Source: Laetmonice hystrix (lineage: Eukaryota). Taken from it: a DNA stretch of 64,000 bases. The stretch covers positions 2,790,001 to 2,854,000 of the forward strand of contig OZ249442.1 in the NCBI GenBank assembly GCA_965235115.1, written 5' to 3'. The notes beneath the pieces were generated by a model that saw nothing but the letters and a program-made list of their open reading frames with translations, ran no database searches and had not been told where the DNA came from. Both the position numbers and the translations under genes were made by a program. Numbering within the stretch: the stretch's first letter is position 1; every line of letters begins with the position of its first letter. Positions 44,335-58,203 of the stretch are shown one piece after another.

Positions 44335-45862
44335 GATAAGTCATCGTTACCAAACTCCCGGTAACTTTCAACTCACCTAAACCTAACTCATCCCATGCTA
44401 ACTCAAACATTATCTGATTACGACATGATAGGTCATCGTTACCAAACTCCCGGTAACTTTCTACTCACCCAAACCTAACTCATCCCATGCTAACTCAAAC
44501 ATTATCTGATTACGACATGATAACTCATCGTTACCAAACTCCCGGTAATTTTCTACTCACCCAAACCTAACTCATCCCATGCTAACTCAAACATTATCTG
44601 ATTACGACATGATAGGTCATCGTTACCAAACTCCCGGTAACTTTCTACTCACCTAAACCTAACTCATCCCATGCTAACTCAAACATTATCTGATTACGAC
44701 ATGATAAGTCATCGTTACCAAACTCCCGGTAACTTTCTACTCACCTAAACCTAACTCATCCCATGCTAACTCAAACATTATCTGATTACGAGATGATAAG
44801 TCATCGTTACCAAACTCTCGGTAACTTTCTACTCACCTAAACCTAACTCATCCCATGCTAACTCAAACATTATCTGATTACGACATGAGAGATCATCGTT
44901 ACCAAACTCTCGGTAACTTTCTACTCACCTAAACCTAACTCATCCCATGCTAACTCAAACATTATCTGATTACGACATGATAACTCATCGTTACCAAACT
45001 CCCGGTAACTTTCTACTCACCTAAACCTAACTCATCCCATGCTAACTCAAACATTATCTGATTACGAGATGATAAGTCATCGTTACCAAACTCCCGGTAA
45101 CTTTCTACTCACCTAAACCTAACTCATCCCATGCTAACTCAAACATTATCTGATTACGACATGATAAGTCATCGTTACCAAACTCCCGGTAACTTTCTAC
45201 TCACCTAAACCTAACTCATCCCATGCTAACTCAAACATTATCTGATTACGACATGATAAGTCATCGTTACCAAACTCCCGGTAACTTTCTACTCACCTAA
45301 ACCTAACTCATCCCATGCTAACTCAAACATTATCTGATTACGACATGATAAGTCATCGTTACCAAACTCCCGGTAACTTTCTACTCACCTAAACCTAACT
45401 CATCCCATGCTAACTCAAACATTATCTGATTACGACATGAGAGATCATCGTTACCAAACTCCCGGTAACTTTCTACTCACCTAAACCTATCTCATCCCAT
45501 GCTAACTCAAACATTATCTGATTACGACATGAGAGATCATCGTTACCAAACTCTCGGTAACTTTCTACTCACCTAAACCTAACTCATCTCATGCTAACTC
45601 AAACATTATCTGATTACGACATGATAACTCATCGTTACCAAACTCCCGGTAACTTTCTACTCACCTAAACCTAACTCATCCCATGCTAACTCAAACATTA
45701 TCTGATTACGACATGATAAGTCATGGTTACCAAACTCCCGGTAACTTTCTACTCACCTAAACCTATCTCATCCCATGCTAACTCAAACATTATCTGATTA
45801 CGACATGATAAGTCATCGTTACCAAACTCCCGGTAACTTTCAACTCACCTAAACCTAACTCA
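44335..45862. repeat. 92-bp tandem repeat x~16.5
   Basis: TCATCGTTACCAAACTCCCGGTAACTTTCTACTCACCTAAACCTAACTCATCCCATGC... units, with an internal GTTACC/GGTAAC inverted pair. Confidence 0.96.
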
Positions 45863-46584
45863 ACACGGGAAAAATCCCATCTTACAGTTCAAACGGGTTT
45901 TTATTAACACAAGTTAACTTTAGGTTTCACGAGGTACCATTTAGCTGTACGATCATATTTTAACAAAAAATAAGAGATAATCTGACATTTAATTTATAGC
46001 CTCCAGTTCACTCCACGTCTCAAGCGCCAGAATAAAAGAACCTGAGGGTACGGAGTACATTCTCACTCTGTCGTCAGGTGGCGCCACCCGTACGGACTGA
46101 GGTTGCCACCCTAATATGAATCTGAGATACAACGTTCCTGTTTCTTTGATGCGCCATGTCGCAATAATTACTACAGCACACAGGCAATGAGACTTAATCA
46201 GAACCAAATTACCCGTTCAATTACCTCTTCCTTATGGATTGGACAATGACCCTGACGGCGATTTAGCCACGAGAAAAGATTTTTTATCAAACCGAACGGT
46301 GCTCTCTGTTCATACATAGAGGACGGGGCTCCTTGTAGGGAGAAGTAGGGCAATAAGTAGGGAGCCTCCTTACTTCCAAAACCCACCAATAAAAACAACA
46401 TGACCGCTCAATATGCCGTAAAACTGAAAAGGTTGTTGATGTGATATCTGAAGTCCACTTTACTCTTCGGACTGTAAGATCGCAGAACTTCTTTTTCAGT
46501 TCATGAAGTCGGGTTTTAATGCCTTGAGGATCCTTACTCACATCCAGTTGAATAAAGTCAGGCTTGGAGAATGGAGTTGAGTCG

Positions 46585-46985
46585 GATGGGTAAGTGTACG
46601 CCGGATCGGTAGGTGTACGCCGGATCGGTAGGTGTACGCCTGATGGGTAGGTGTACGCCTGATGGGTAGGTGTACGCCTGATGGGTAGGTGTACGCCTGA
46701 TCGGTAGGTGTACGCCGGATCGGTAGGTGTACGCCTGATCGGTAGGTGTACACCTGATCGGTAGGTGTACGCCGGATCGGTAGGTGTACGCCGGATCGGT
46801 AGATGTACGCCTGATCGGTAGGTGTACGCCGGATCGGTAGGTGTACGCCTGATCGGTAGGTGTACGCCGGATCGGTAGGTGTACGCCGGATCGGTAGGTG
46901 TACGCCGGATCGGTAGGTGTACGCCTGATCGGTAGGTGTACGCCGGATCGGTAGGTGTACGCCGGATCGGTAGGTGTACGCCGGG
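46585..46985. repeat. 19-bp tandem repeat x~21
   Basis: GGTAGGTGTACGCCGGATC units. Confidence 0.95.
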
Positions 46986-47964
46986 GTTGTTCAGAGAGTG
47001 TTCAGAGCGAGCCAGGCGGGATGCTGTTAACACGCTGGTTTCAGGTCGACTGAACGCTGACCCGCTGTGATCGGCAGCGTCCGTCCGAACGCAACGCCCC
47101 AGTCACGTGACCCGGAAACACCGGTATGGTTCGGTATCAGTCACGTGCCGAGGTTCAGAGGTCAACCGTCATCTTTTTTTTTCTTTTTTTTTCTTTCTCA
47201 GCATGAGGTCGGTAGCTTGGAGGCAGACCTTTTCTTCTGGCTACAGACTTATCAAGTTCTTCCCTCTTGGTAAAGTGAATCACGCACACCTTTCATCAAA
47301 GGGAATGAGTAACCAACCCGCCGCGGTTCTTGGTCCTACCAGCATGAAATTTAAACCTGGGTTTTAAACGAAAGAGTATAATCTTCTCCGACATACAATA
47401 TTCAGCGTATGTGAAATCAGATGGTTCTGATAAGGGCATCAATTCCGGGTTGATAGATTAGACACAAGGCACTCTCAAGTCGACCCCCCCCCGCCCCAAG
47501 TGATCGACTCTCATGCCTCCTTACAATATTTCACGTTTTTCCCTTGTCAGTATATCGCAGTTACGATCCTGCGTCTGTTAGCCTGCCCTCTCCTACCTAA
47601 CTTATGCGCATGCGTTCAGCTTTTTTGACCTTTCAAGATTAACCCGAAACAGCGAGCTGTCCCGTCCTCCCTGCCGGGAATAAAATCATAAATCGCTCGC
47701 TAGTATTTCCAGTATAAACTAGGAGCAAATCACTGCACTTTTCACTGTTCTTCAGGGCCAAGGCTGGTTACAGTTTCGGCTGGTGTCCTGGGATGTAACA
47801 GCTGTGCTGATTGGTTGCAGGCCAGCAATGTGTGTGTTACTTAACCTCAGACTGGGTGTCGACACCATGTTACCAGTAACAACTGGGTTACTACAAACAT
47901 ACCTCCTCTCCGTACACCGACACCTTGCCCTCCTTAGGTCCCTACCAATATTCTTTCTTGGAGA

Positions 47965-50432
47965 AGACTTACGTCTCCCCCTCCCCCTTCCTCATCATGT
48001 CCATGAAGACTACCGTCTCCCCCTCCCCCTACCTCATCATGTCCATGAAGACTACCGTCTCCCCTCCCCCTTCCTCATCATGTCCATGAAGACTACCGTC
48101 TCCCCTCCCCCTTTCTCATCATGTCCATGAAGACTACCGTCTCCCCTCCCCCTTCCTCATCATGTCCATGAAGACTACCGTCTCCCCTCCCCCTTCCTCA
48201 TCATGTCCATGAAGACTACCGTCTCCCCCTCCCCTTATCCTTCATGTCCATGAGGACTACCGTCTCCCCTCCCCCTTCCTCATCATGTCCATGAAGACTA
48301 CCGTCTCCCCCTCCCCTTACTCATCATGTCCATGAGGACTACCGTCTCCCCTCCCCCTTCCTCATCATGTCCATGAAGACTACCGTCTCCCCCTCCCCCT
48401 TCCTCATCATGTCCATGAAGACTACCGTCTCCCCTCCCCCTTCCTCATCATGTCCATGAAGACTACCGTCTCCCCCTGCCCCTTCCTCATCATGTCCATG
48501 AAGACTACCGTCTCCCCTCCCCCTTCCTCATCATGTCCATGAAGACTACCGTCTCCCCCTCCCCTTCCTCATCATGTCCATGAGGACTACCGTCTCCCCT
48601 CCCCCTTCCTCATCATGTCCATGAGGACTACCGCCTCCCCTCCCCCTTCCTCATCATGTCCATGAAGACTACCGTCTCCCCCTCCCCTTACTCATCATGT
48701 CCATGAGGACTACCGCCTCCCCTCCCCCTTCCTCATCATGTCCATGAAGACTACCGTCTCCCCCCCTTCCTCATCATGTCCATGAAGACTACCGTCTCCC
48801 CCTCCCCCTTCCTCATCATGTCCATGAAGACTACCGTCTCCCCCTCCCCCTTCCTCATCATGTCCATGAGGACTACCGCCTCCCCCTCCCCCTTCCTCAT
48901 CATGTCCATGAAGACTACCGTCTCCCCCTCCCCCTTCCTCATCATGTCCATGAGGACTACCGCCTCCCCCTCCCCCTTCCTCTCATGTCCATGAAGACTA
49001 CCGTCTCCCCCCCCTTCCTCATCATGTCCATGAAGACTACCGTCTCCCCCTCCCCCTTCCTCATCATGTCCATGAAGACTACCGTCTCCCCCTGCCCCTT
49101 CCTCATCATGTCCATGAAGACTACCGTCTCCCCTCCCCCTTCCTCATCATGTCCATGAAAACTACCGTCTCCCCCTCCCCCTTCCTCATCATGTCCATGA
49201 AGACTACCGTCTCCCCCTCCCCTTACTCATCATGTCCATGAGGACTACCGCCTCCCCTCCCCCTTCCTCATCATGTCCATGAAGACTACCGTCTCCCCTC
49301 CCCCTTCCTCATCATGTCCATGAAGACTACCGTCTCCCCCTCCCCCTTCCTCATCATGTCCATGAAGACTACCGTCTCCCCTCCCCCTTCCTCATCATGT
49401 CCATGAGGACTACCGCCTCCCCTCCCCCTTCCTCATCATGTCCATGAAGACTACCGTCTCCCCTCCCCCTTCCTCATCATGTCCATGAAGACTACCGTCT
49501 CCCCCTCCCCCTTCCTCATCATGTCCATGAAGACTACCGTCTCCCCTCCCCCTTCCTCATCATGTCCATGAAGACTACCGTCTCCCCTCCCCCTTCCTCA
49601 TCATGTCCATGAAGACTACCGTCTTCCCTCCCCCTTCCTCATCATGTCCATGAAGACTACCGTCTCCCCCTCCCCCTTCCTCATCATGTCCATGAAGACT
49701 ACCGTCTCCCCTCCCCCTTCCTCATCATGTCCATGAAGACTACCGTCTCCCCTCCCCCTTCCTCATCATGTCCATGAAGACCACCGTCTCCCCCTCCCCC
49801 TTCCTCATCATGTCCATGAAGACTACCGTCTCCCCCTCCCCCTTCCTCATCATGTCCATGAAGACTACCGTCTCCCCTCCCCCTTCCTCATCATGTCCAT
49901 GAAGACTACCGTCTCCCCCTCCCCCTTCCTCATCATGTCCATGAGGACTACCGTCTCCCCTCCCCCTTCCTCATCATGTCCATGAAGACTACCGTCTCCC
50001 CTCCCCCTTCCTCATCATGTCCATGAAGACTACCGTCTCCCCCTCCCCCTTCCTCATCATGTCCATGAAGACTACCGTCTCCCCTCCCCCTTCCTCATCA
50101 TGTCCATGAAGACTACCGTCTCCCCTCCCCCTTCCTCATCATGTCCATGAAGACTACCGTCTCCCCCTCCCCCTTCCTCATCATGTCCATGAAGACTACC
50201 GTCTCCCCTCCCCCTTACTCATCATGTCCATGAAGACTACCGTCTCCCCTCCCCCTTCCTCATCATGTCCATGAAGACTACCGTCTCCCCCTCCCCCTTC
50301 CTCATCATGTCCATGAAGACTACCGTCTCCCCTCCCCCTTCCTCATCATGTCCATGAAGACTACCGTCTCCCCTCCCCCTTCCTCATCATGTCCATGAAG
50401 ACTACCGTCTCCCCTCCCCCTTCCTCATCATG
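47965..50432. repeat. ~43-44-bp tandem repeat x~57 (2.5 kb)
   Basis: CTCATCATGTCCATGAAGACTACCGTCTCCCCCTCCCCCTTC units. Confidence 0.97.
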
Positions 50433-51904
50433 TCCATGAAGCTGGCCTTTCACCATAGATAATTTGAGAAAATATCGAATGAACATGACGTGACATTTTA
50501 TACATTTTATGATGTAATAATAACTTAAATCTGCGGTCGTCTCAGACTTACTGAGATATATTATTACAGTCCGCAGAACTACTGAAAAGATCATATTTGT
50601 ATAGTCAGCGGAACTAGATATATGATATTTGTATAACTGGCACTACCAGCCTGGGTGTGGATCTTTGCTCCTGATGTACGCCTCAGTGGTTGTTACCTTG
50701 GATACGTGATCATACAATGTCACAACCCCAAGCTGATCACGTTGCTACCACTGACAGTAGGCCTACACCGGTCGGTGGGGTGGGGACAGAATGGAAGCGT
50801 CATCACTGGCGCTATCCCAACATCATACAAGCGTCAAAGCCGACGCTTCTATCAGCGTGAGATCAAAGGACGCGGAAACAGGTGAGCCAGGGCAGAGCGC
50901 CGTCTGGTGGCAGAGTAGGTTTCCAAACATCTCTATGAAGTTTAGAGATCAGAACTAAAACATGTCGGTATTATATTTCACCAGTTTCTGAACGCTAGAC
51001 TTGCAATTAACATTGAGACTTTGTTAATTAGAATCTAGGGATTATCATTAATCATATCGTCCCACCAGTCAGCGCACATCCTCCATGCTATATCTGAGGA
51101 TTACCTGATCATCCCCTCATCCCTGTCAGACCGTCCGTATTAAAGCTGCCTCTCACCACTTCATTTATTGTCGAACAACTTTTAACTGCATCATTTTATA
51201 AAAAAAAAGCTCATCTAGATAAAGACATGTTTATATCAAAAGGAATCCATTTGACTGCATGTTAATCCTATGACGGTGACTAAAAGTAGCGGAGATAATG
51301 GCATATCATTTCACCCGATTTAACATAACAACACCCACACAAAAAGGCTAAAATCCACATAGGTTTCACACTATTCTCCACTTAACTTTCTAGAATATGT
51401 CACAAATCATCGTGCTGTATACGGCATTAGTGGAACCTAACGAATTCATTTCTTTCAATTTGCCTGCCATTGTCAACTTAAAGGACGACCCAGAATTTAT
51501 TTATATTTGAAAGAAAATGGCATACAAAGAATTCTAGAGTGTTTAAGCAAGCAAATCGTAAGAAAATAACAACACTACGTGCTACAAGTACGTATTCAAT
51601 CAGACACAGAGTGTGTGTATGAAATGGATCTTTCTAAAATAATAAATGAAAGAACAAGATTATTTTTCTGTTAGGATGGCACCAATGTGGTAGATTCTAT
51701 TCCTGAATGTGAAATGCTGATCAACCGTAAAGGGCTGATGTCGGACCACGCCCTGATCACTGCCTTATTCTCAGGTAATATCATTTCTACCCCCAAAAAG
51801 ACAAAATTCCTATCATTTAAAGGCGTTCACAAGTTCCCCAGGTGAAAGTCAACAACTCCCTACTCATTCTTTACACCACGGACTTCTCCCCCCCCCCCCG
51901 GCCA

Positions 51905-52040
51905 GACGATGACGTCACAGACCTGTGTAGATGACGTCACATATCTAAATAGATGACGTCACAGATCTGTGTAGGTGACCCGTGTAGGTGAAGTCACATA
52001 TCTGTGTAGATGACGTCACAGACCTGCGTGGATGACGCCA
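51905..52040. repeat. Short CRE-rich repeat
   Basis: GATGACGTCACAGA(C/T)CTG units. Confidence 0.7.
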
Positions 52041-52190
52041 CTAAGCCCGAACGACGTCTTTGAAATGGTCGCTGAGCCCAAAGAGGTCTTTGCGGCGACG
52101 GGTTCTCCACTAAGCTCCTATTTTTTAACATTGGCCTCGCAAAGACGTCTTTCCAAAGACGTCTTTGCTAAAGACGTCTTTCGTTAGTGG
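52038..52190. mobile_element. Small MITE built from AAAGACGTCTTT palindromes
   Basis: CCACTAA...TTAGTGG termini and repeated AAAGACGTCTTT. Confidence 0.5.
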
Positions 52191-52407
52191 AACGGACCCC
52201 CGTGATATTATTATAAATAGTATTTACAAGTCCCCCAGCAATATGTATGACATGTATCTCAGTGGTTCAGGACGATCCCGCTGGGAGACCGGCGATCATT
52301 GAAGTCGAAAGAACCCGAGGATTCAGTTCGTGTTCGCGTTTTCTAACTGACCACATCAAAGAGTGTCATTAAGTCAGACCCCCCCCCCCCCCGTCATCCA
52401 TTCACCC

Positions 52408-53100
52408 TCTATCTGTGGCCAGGGGTCCAGCCAAACGTCTATCTGTGGCCAGGGGTCCAGCCAGAAGTCTATCTGTGGCCAGGGGTCCAGCCAGACGTCT
52501 ATCTGTGGCCAGGGGTCCAGCCAGACGTCTATCTGTGGCCAGGGGTCCAGCCAGACGTCTATCTGTGGCCAGGGGTCCAGCCAGACGTCTATCTGTGGCC
52601 AGGGGTCCAGCCAAACGTCTATCTGTGGCCAGGGGTCCAGCCAGACGTCTATCTGTGGCCAGGGGTCCAGCCAAACGTCTATCTGTGGCCAGGGGTCCAG
52701 CCAAACGTCTATCTGTGGCCAGGGGTCCAGCCAGACGTCTATCTGTGGCCAGGGGTCCAGCCAAACGTCTATCTGTGGCCAGGGGTCCAGCCAAACGTCT
52801 ATCTGTGGCCAGGGGTCCAGCCAGACGTCTATCTGTGGCCAGGGGTCCAGCCAGACGTCTATCTGTGGCCAGGGGTCCAGCCAAACGTCTATCTGTGGCC
52901 AGGGGTCCAGCCAGACGTCTATCTGTGGCCAGGGGTCCAGCCAGACGTCTATCTGTGGCCAGGGGTCCAGCCAAACGTCTATCTGTGGCCAGGGGTCCAG
53001 CCAAACGTCTATCTGTGGCCAGGGGTCCAGCCAAACGTCTATCTGTGGCCAGGGGTCCAGCCAAACGTCTATCTGTGGCCAGGGGTCCAGCCAAACGTCC
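52408..53100. repeat. 30-bp tandem repeat x23, highly homogeneous
   Basis: CTATCTGTGGCCAGGGGTCCAGCCA(G/A)ACGT units. Confidence 0.98.
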
Positions 53101-53585
53101 CTTTTAGTTAATATCCGAGACGCATAAATCCCAGGGTGAAATCTCCATGAAATTTGGGGTTTAAACACTAGAAATCTGCAATTATTCCCAGCCCAAAACC
53201 TAACCTTAACCCCTAACCTCGTCCCCCAAACCAGTGTCATTAAGTCAGACCCCCCCCCCCCCCAAACCTTGTCCCCCTAACCTCGCCCCCTAACCTTTCC
53301 ATAAACCTTATTGCTATCCCTATTGCTCCATCCCTTACCCGAATACCGACGCTTAATTCCGTGGGAGTTTCACCATGGAGGAATACCCTAACACAAGTTT
53401 CTTATTACTACTTTCAGACTTCAAAGCGTTCCTCTCAAAGTTTGTTAAATGATGACTGACAAGATATTAACTGTCTCAATGTCGTCTAAAAACACCCACA
53501 CTGTATATATAGAGGAATGGTCAGCTTCAGGTGGTACGTTTCTACCCTCTACACCATTCTCATCTCCAATAAAAAGCTCCGACCC

Positions 53586-53743
53586 TGGCCCCGGTTTCAG
53601 AAAGGCTCCAAGCAGTAAGCTTAAAGCTCCGCAGGGGTACGACCGGTGGCCGTAGAAGGTTAAAACACTAAAGGTCTGATGTCCTTATGGGCTGCCGTAG
53701 CTCTGCTTAACTTAAAGCTTGCTGCTAGCCTTTCTGAAACTGG
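53586..53743. mobile_element. MITE, GGCCCCGGTTTCAGAAAGG family, copy 1
   Basis: TIR CCGGTTTCAGAAAGGCT / AGCCTTTCTGAAACTGG; inverted homolog at 57921-58203. Confidence 0.65.
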
Positions 53744-53848
53744 TTGCGACCACACGGTTCTCACTCAACCTCCGGTGAAGGTTAAAGAACGCGGAATTGC
53801 TCTAGTTGCTCAGTTTTTCTATATCTTGTTGTATTTTTTCAATATATA

Positions 53849-54442
53849 CACAGGAACGACCGAGTGTGTGATACGGGATTCTGTATCAGACGAGGCGGCA
53901 AGCGCGGAGTAATATCAGCACGAGTGCGAAGCACGAGTGCTGATGTGAATCTCCGCGCTTGCCGCCGAGTCTGATACAGAATCCCGTTATCACACACGAG
54001 TTTGTTCCTGTATTTATTATACCTTTTTCATAAATTAATTAATGGTAATATATTTAAGTTGGATTAATTGTTTCTAACTTAGTGAAAATGCGCTGTATTG
54101 GCGACTATTTTGACGACATCGGTCATGGTAACAATTCAACAAACGGATTGTGACGTCAGGTAACAGTCGAACAAATGAATTGTGACGTAGGTATTAAAAC
54201 ACGCACTCTCCGTTCATTGGTGGAAAAATGAGGTCGGGCCATATCTGGGTCAGTAAACAGTGGTGATACAGGATTTCAAGTAGGCCAAACACGAGTCACA
54301 TGGTACAAATGCCGGATGTCTATTGGTACAAAACTGGGTCGAACTATTTTTAGGTCAGTGGACAGGGGTAATACAGATTTTTTTATCACACTCGTAGCTC
54401 AGCCAATCAGCGCTCGTTATTTCGTGCAAAGGTATAATAAAT
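53849..54442. mobile_element. Non-autonomous element with an ~80-bp-arm hairpin (possibly Crypton-like)
   Basis: Hairpin 53849-54011 with a GC-GAA-GC loop; second inverted repeat ATTTATTATACCTT (54012) / AAGGTATAATAAAT (54429). The family assignment is inference. Confidence 0.5.
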
Positions 54443-56574
54443 CTTCATACTATCCTTAGTCCTAATCCATTTAATGATATTATCGTGTAGCGCGAAGTGG
54501 GCGACCTAGGACCTGCATACCCAGGGAATCCTGGTCCGGTGGACTTATATTCCGGCGGGCTTACATTCCGGCGGGCTTACATTCCGGCGGGCTTAAATTC
54601 CGGCGAACTTACATTCCTTTCAAACCGATATTGTTCGAGACAACGATACATTCAACAACAACATCACTCGACAACATCACCCAACACCATCCAACATAAA
54701 GTAGGGCATGAATACGTGGGAGCAGGTACGGGAGTGAAACCACACTCAGGTTGTACATACGGGAGTGAAACCACACTCAGGTTGTACATACGGCAGTGAA
54801 ACCACACTCGGGTTGTACATAATCTAGGGGATTACCATACTTCTGATGACTGCCAACTTTCCGACACAATCAAAAGGTTTGTATAACGCCTGTTTATCAT
54901 CGTTAGACAGAGAGATCTATTCTACTCTCATCCCTAGCGTCGTTCAATACTGAAGTTATCATTTGACCGCAGTTGCATAAAGATCAGAATAAAGCAGGTA
55001 ACTTTAGGGATTCCGACGTGACGCTAATATTACCGACCCCTAGCGGAGAGCGCCAACATCATCTCATTACTGTATTGATAACAAGTGAAACCTGAAACGG
55101 TGTTGTTCCTGTTACGGACTGTTGTTTGGAACCTAAAACGGTGTTGTTCCTGTTACGGGCTGTTGTTTGGAGTGTTTAGAGTTACTCAATCACTATCCTT
55201 GCTCTATAATATTCATTACAATCTTATGTTTGGATTCTGCAGCTATACCTCATGAAAGGTCACATAATATCGTGTTGGCTTTCTGGGCTTGGATATATGA
55301 CAATAATATCTGGAACAAATAGAGATTTACCACGAGGATTCCTATACAAATATTTCCAACATTTTATGCTTTGTTGCTACATAATGTCTGGCTGCAAACA
55401 GATTGATGTAACATAGAATTCGGTATCGTATAAAGACAATACATGTATATCTAAACGATTGCAGAAATTCTCATCGGGGAAACAATCAATAATCTGTGGC
55501 CTGCTTCCCCTAACATGATACCCTTACTTCATTGTGTAACAAACATGAGTTATGACGAAAGGAAACGATGAATACTTTTATAAAGTGAGAGAAAAAGAAA
55601 GAGAAATGCGTAAATTCAATCATGTAAGCGGAAGTTTGCTGTGTATGTCTGCTGAATATAAAATGGAGACGAGAAGCAAAGTTGGATTGTGTGTCTAAGA
55701 TTAATTACGTAACGTTGACGAAGAAACATTGAAATATGAAATGATAAAACCACAACGGCTAAAACACCCCTATATAAAACAAAGGTTACTGCGGGTCGCC
55801 TACAGAATCTCAGGTATTTCATATCTTCGCTCGTTTATCACCTTCAACTTACTATACTCCGTATTTACTCATTCACGGTTGATTGAAACTACCTTCGAGT
55901 TATGAATCAAATTAATAGAAAACATTTATAATGATATACCATTAAACAGAATTGATAATGTGACGGCTTTTGCAAATAAGAGAAACTTTCTTTAGTGCAT
56001 GTCGAATTTGTTTTGCCTTTAGCGTCTAATGTGCAGAGCTCTTCTCTCCTCTTTTGTATGTAGTTTTCAAGCATATGAAGCAAAAGACAATAAATAAAGA
56101 TGTAAAAGGCAGTTCATCAGAAAGGCATGTAAATAGGAGGGCATATAAAAGTGATCTTCAAACATCAGAAAGTGCTTCCACTATAGAGGGCTCCACATGT
56201 GTGCATCCAACTAGTTGACCAATCAGTGACCAGTTTACATTGTGCTTTCGGCGGGTTTCAAATGTTGGACTTACCGGTGGTACAGAGGACAACTGGTGCG
56301 ACAGATAAATAAAGATGGAAAAATAAATCATTAATATCATTAAAACAATGAATGTCTCTTATCATCCAGATCGAAATTCAATGGAAAACAATGGCTTACT
56401 AAATACACATTGCGGCCATGCTTAGCTTTCCTAACATGTCAATAAAACAAAATATCAGATATTCAAATGACTGGGAAACAGATCAAAACAAATTTGCTGA
56501 AAGGAGCAAATAATGTCCGCTGCAACTTAATATTCCGAAGAAATTGGTGTAACCCTCAGTTTAACGAACAAAAT

Positions 56575-57142
56575 ATATCCTAAACAGAATATGCCAGTCT
56601 ACTGGTGTCGCTCCAGCAAAATATATCCTTAACAGAATATGCCAGTCTACTGGTGTCGCTCCAGCAAAATATATCCTTAACAGAATATGTCAGTCTACTG
56701 GTGTCGCTCCAGCAAAATATATCCTTAACAGAATATGTCAGTCTACTGGTGTCGCTCCAGCAAAATATATCCTAAACAGAATATGTCAGTCTACTGGTGT
56801 CACTCCAGCAAAATATATCCTCAACAGAATATGTCAGTCTACTGGTGTCGCTCCAGCAAAATATATCCTAAACAGAATATGTCAGTCTACTGGTGTCGCT
56901 CAAGCAAAATATATCCTAAACAGAATATGTCAGTCTACTGGTGTCGCTCCAGAAAATATATCCTAAACAGAATATGTCAGTCTACTGGTGTCGCTCCAGC
57001 AAAATATATCCTATACAGAATATGTCAGTCTACTGGTGTCGCTCCAGCAAAATATATCCTAAACAGAATAGGTCAGTCTACTGGTGTCGCTCCAGCAAAA
57101 TATATCCTATACAGAATATGTCAGTCTACTGGTGTCGCTCCT
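56575..57142. repeat. 48-bp tandem repeat x~12
   Basis: CAGAATATGTCAGTCTACTGGTGTCGCTCCAGCAAAATATATCCTAAA units. Confidence 0.95.
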
Positions 57143-57920
57143 CTCAGCCACAGCAGGAGGCGAGTCTTGTTTTTGATTTGTAGTAGATTGGGCGGAAGTG
57201 TCTACGGTCCACTGATCCCAGCGTCACACTCCACTGAACAAGGACGACCCCCATCTCATCCCTCCGGTCGGATGCGTCCTGCTCAACAGACCGTCGGCAA
57301 TGACGTCTCCAAGCTACACGTGACGTCACAATACATAGTGGTATGACGTCAGCACGTATCATGGTGGTACACGCTCTTATATCCGAGTTTGTTTGTCACA
57401 TAAGACCTCCATTTTAATTGAGCAGCATCTGAGTCCATCAAAAGCTGACTTTTACGTTTCATAATCGACATTTGATCATATTTACTTGCTGTATTGACTG
57501 TGAAGATGTCGCTTTGTGCTTAGCTAATTTAACAGATCACTACAGAATTGTTACCTTAAAGCACTACAAGCAAAAATTCAGTATCGCACTTGTATAACAT
57601 TTTGTGACAATAAATAGGTCACAATTGGAATCAGTTAGCTGAAAGTGGGCGTGAAATCTAAAGTCACGTCTTAGGTTTATTTTAATGGTGGGGGAACTTT
57701 GAACCGAGCACTAGTTACTGTATGAGAATCTCAATCATTACCTCTCCATGTTCACAGTGACCCGGGGCCCACTTCTGAACTGTGACATTATCATCTCTCA
57801 CTAATGACAACACGTTAGTAAAATGAGACTCCTTTACCTGATGTATGGTTTGTTTCACTTGTAATTTTAGAATGCCAGGTTTCACTTCTGTAAATGAACC
57901 ACCTCCCACATTAACATCCG

Positions 57921-58203
57921 AGTTGCTCTAAGCAGCAAACTTTAAGCAGAGCTACGGCAGCCCATAAGGACATAGACCTGTAGTGTTTTTAACTTTCTAG
58001 ACTGATTTTCATCGATATTTTCAGAATGATAATAATTTAACCGTGGTGGTAATATTTTCACCGCGGTGATATTTCCACTTTTGTGAAAATATCCATGAAA
58101 ATCACTGTGGAAAGTTAAAGTCTCCCCCTGTGTTCTCGTGGGCCACCGTAGCCCTGCTTAGCTTCAAGCTTGCTGCTTAGAGCCTTTCTGAAACCGGGGC
58201 CAG
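57921..58203. mobile_element. Same MITE family in opposite orientation, with an internal ~130-bp insertion
   Basis: GCAGAGCTACGGCAGCCCATAAGGACAT is the reverse complement of the 53.68-kb segment; ends AGCCTTTCTGAAACCGGGGCCAG. Confidence 0.6.

Noticed and set aside
45990-46560. Reverse-transcriptase-like fragments (QGAPSS, PPDD)
   Set aside because: The frames are discontinuous and the resemblance is too weak.
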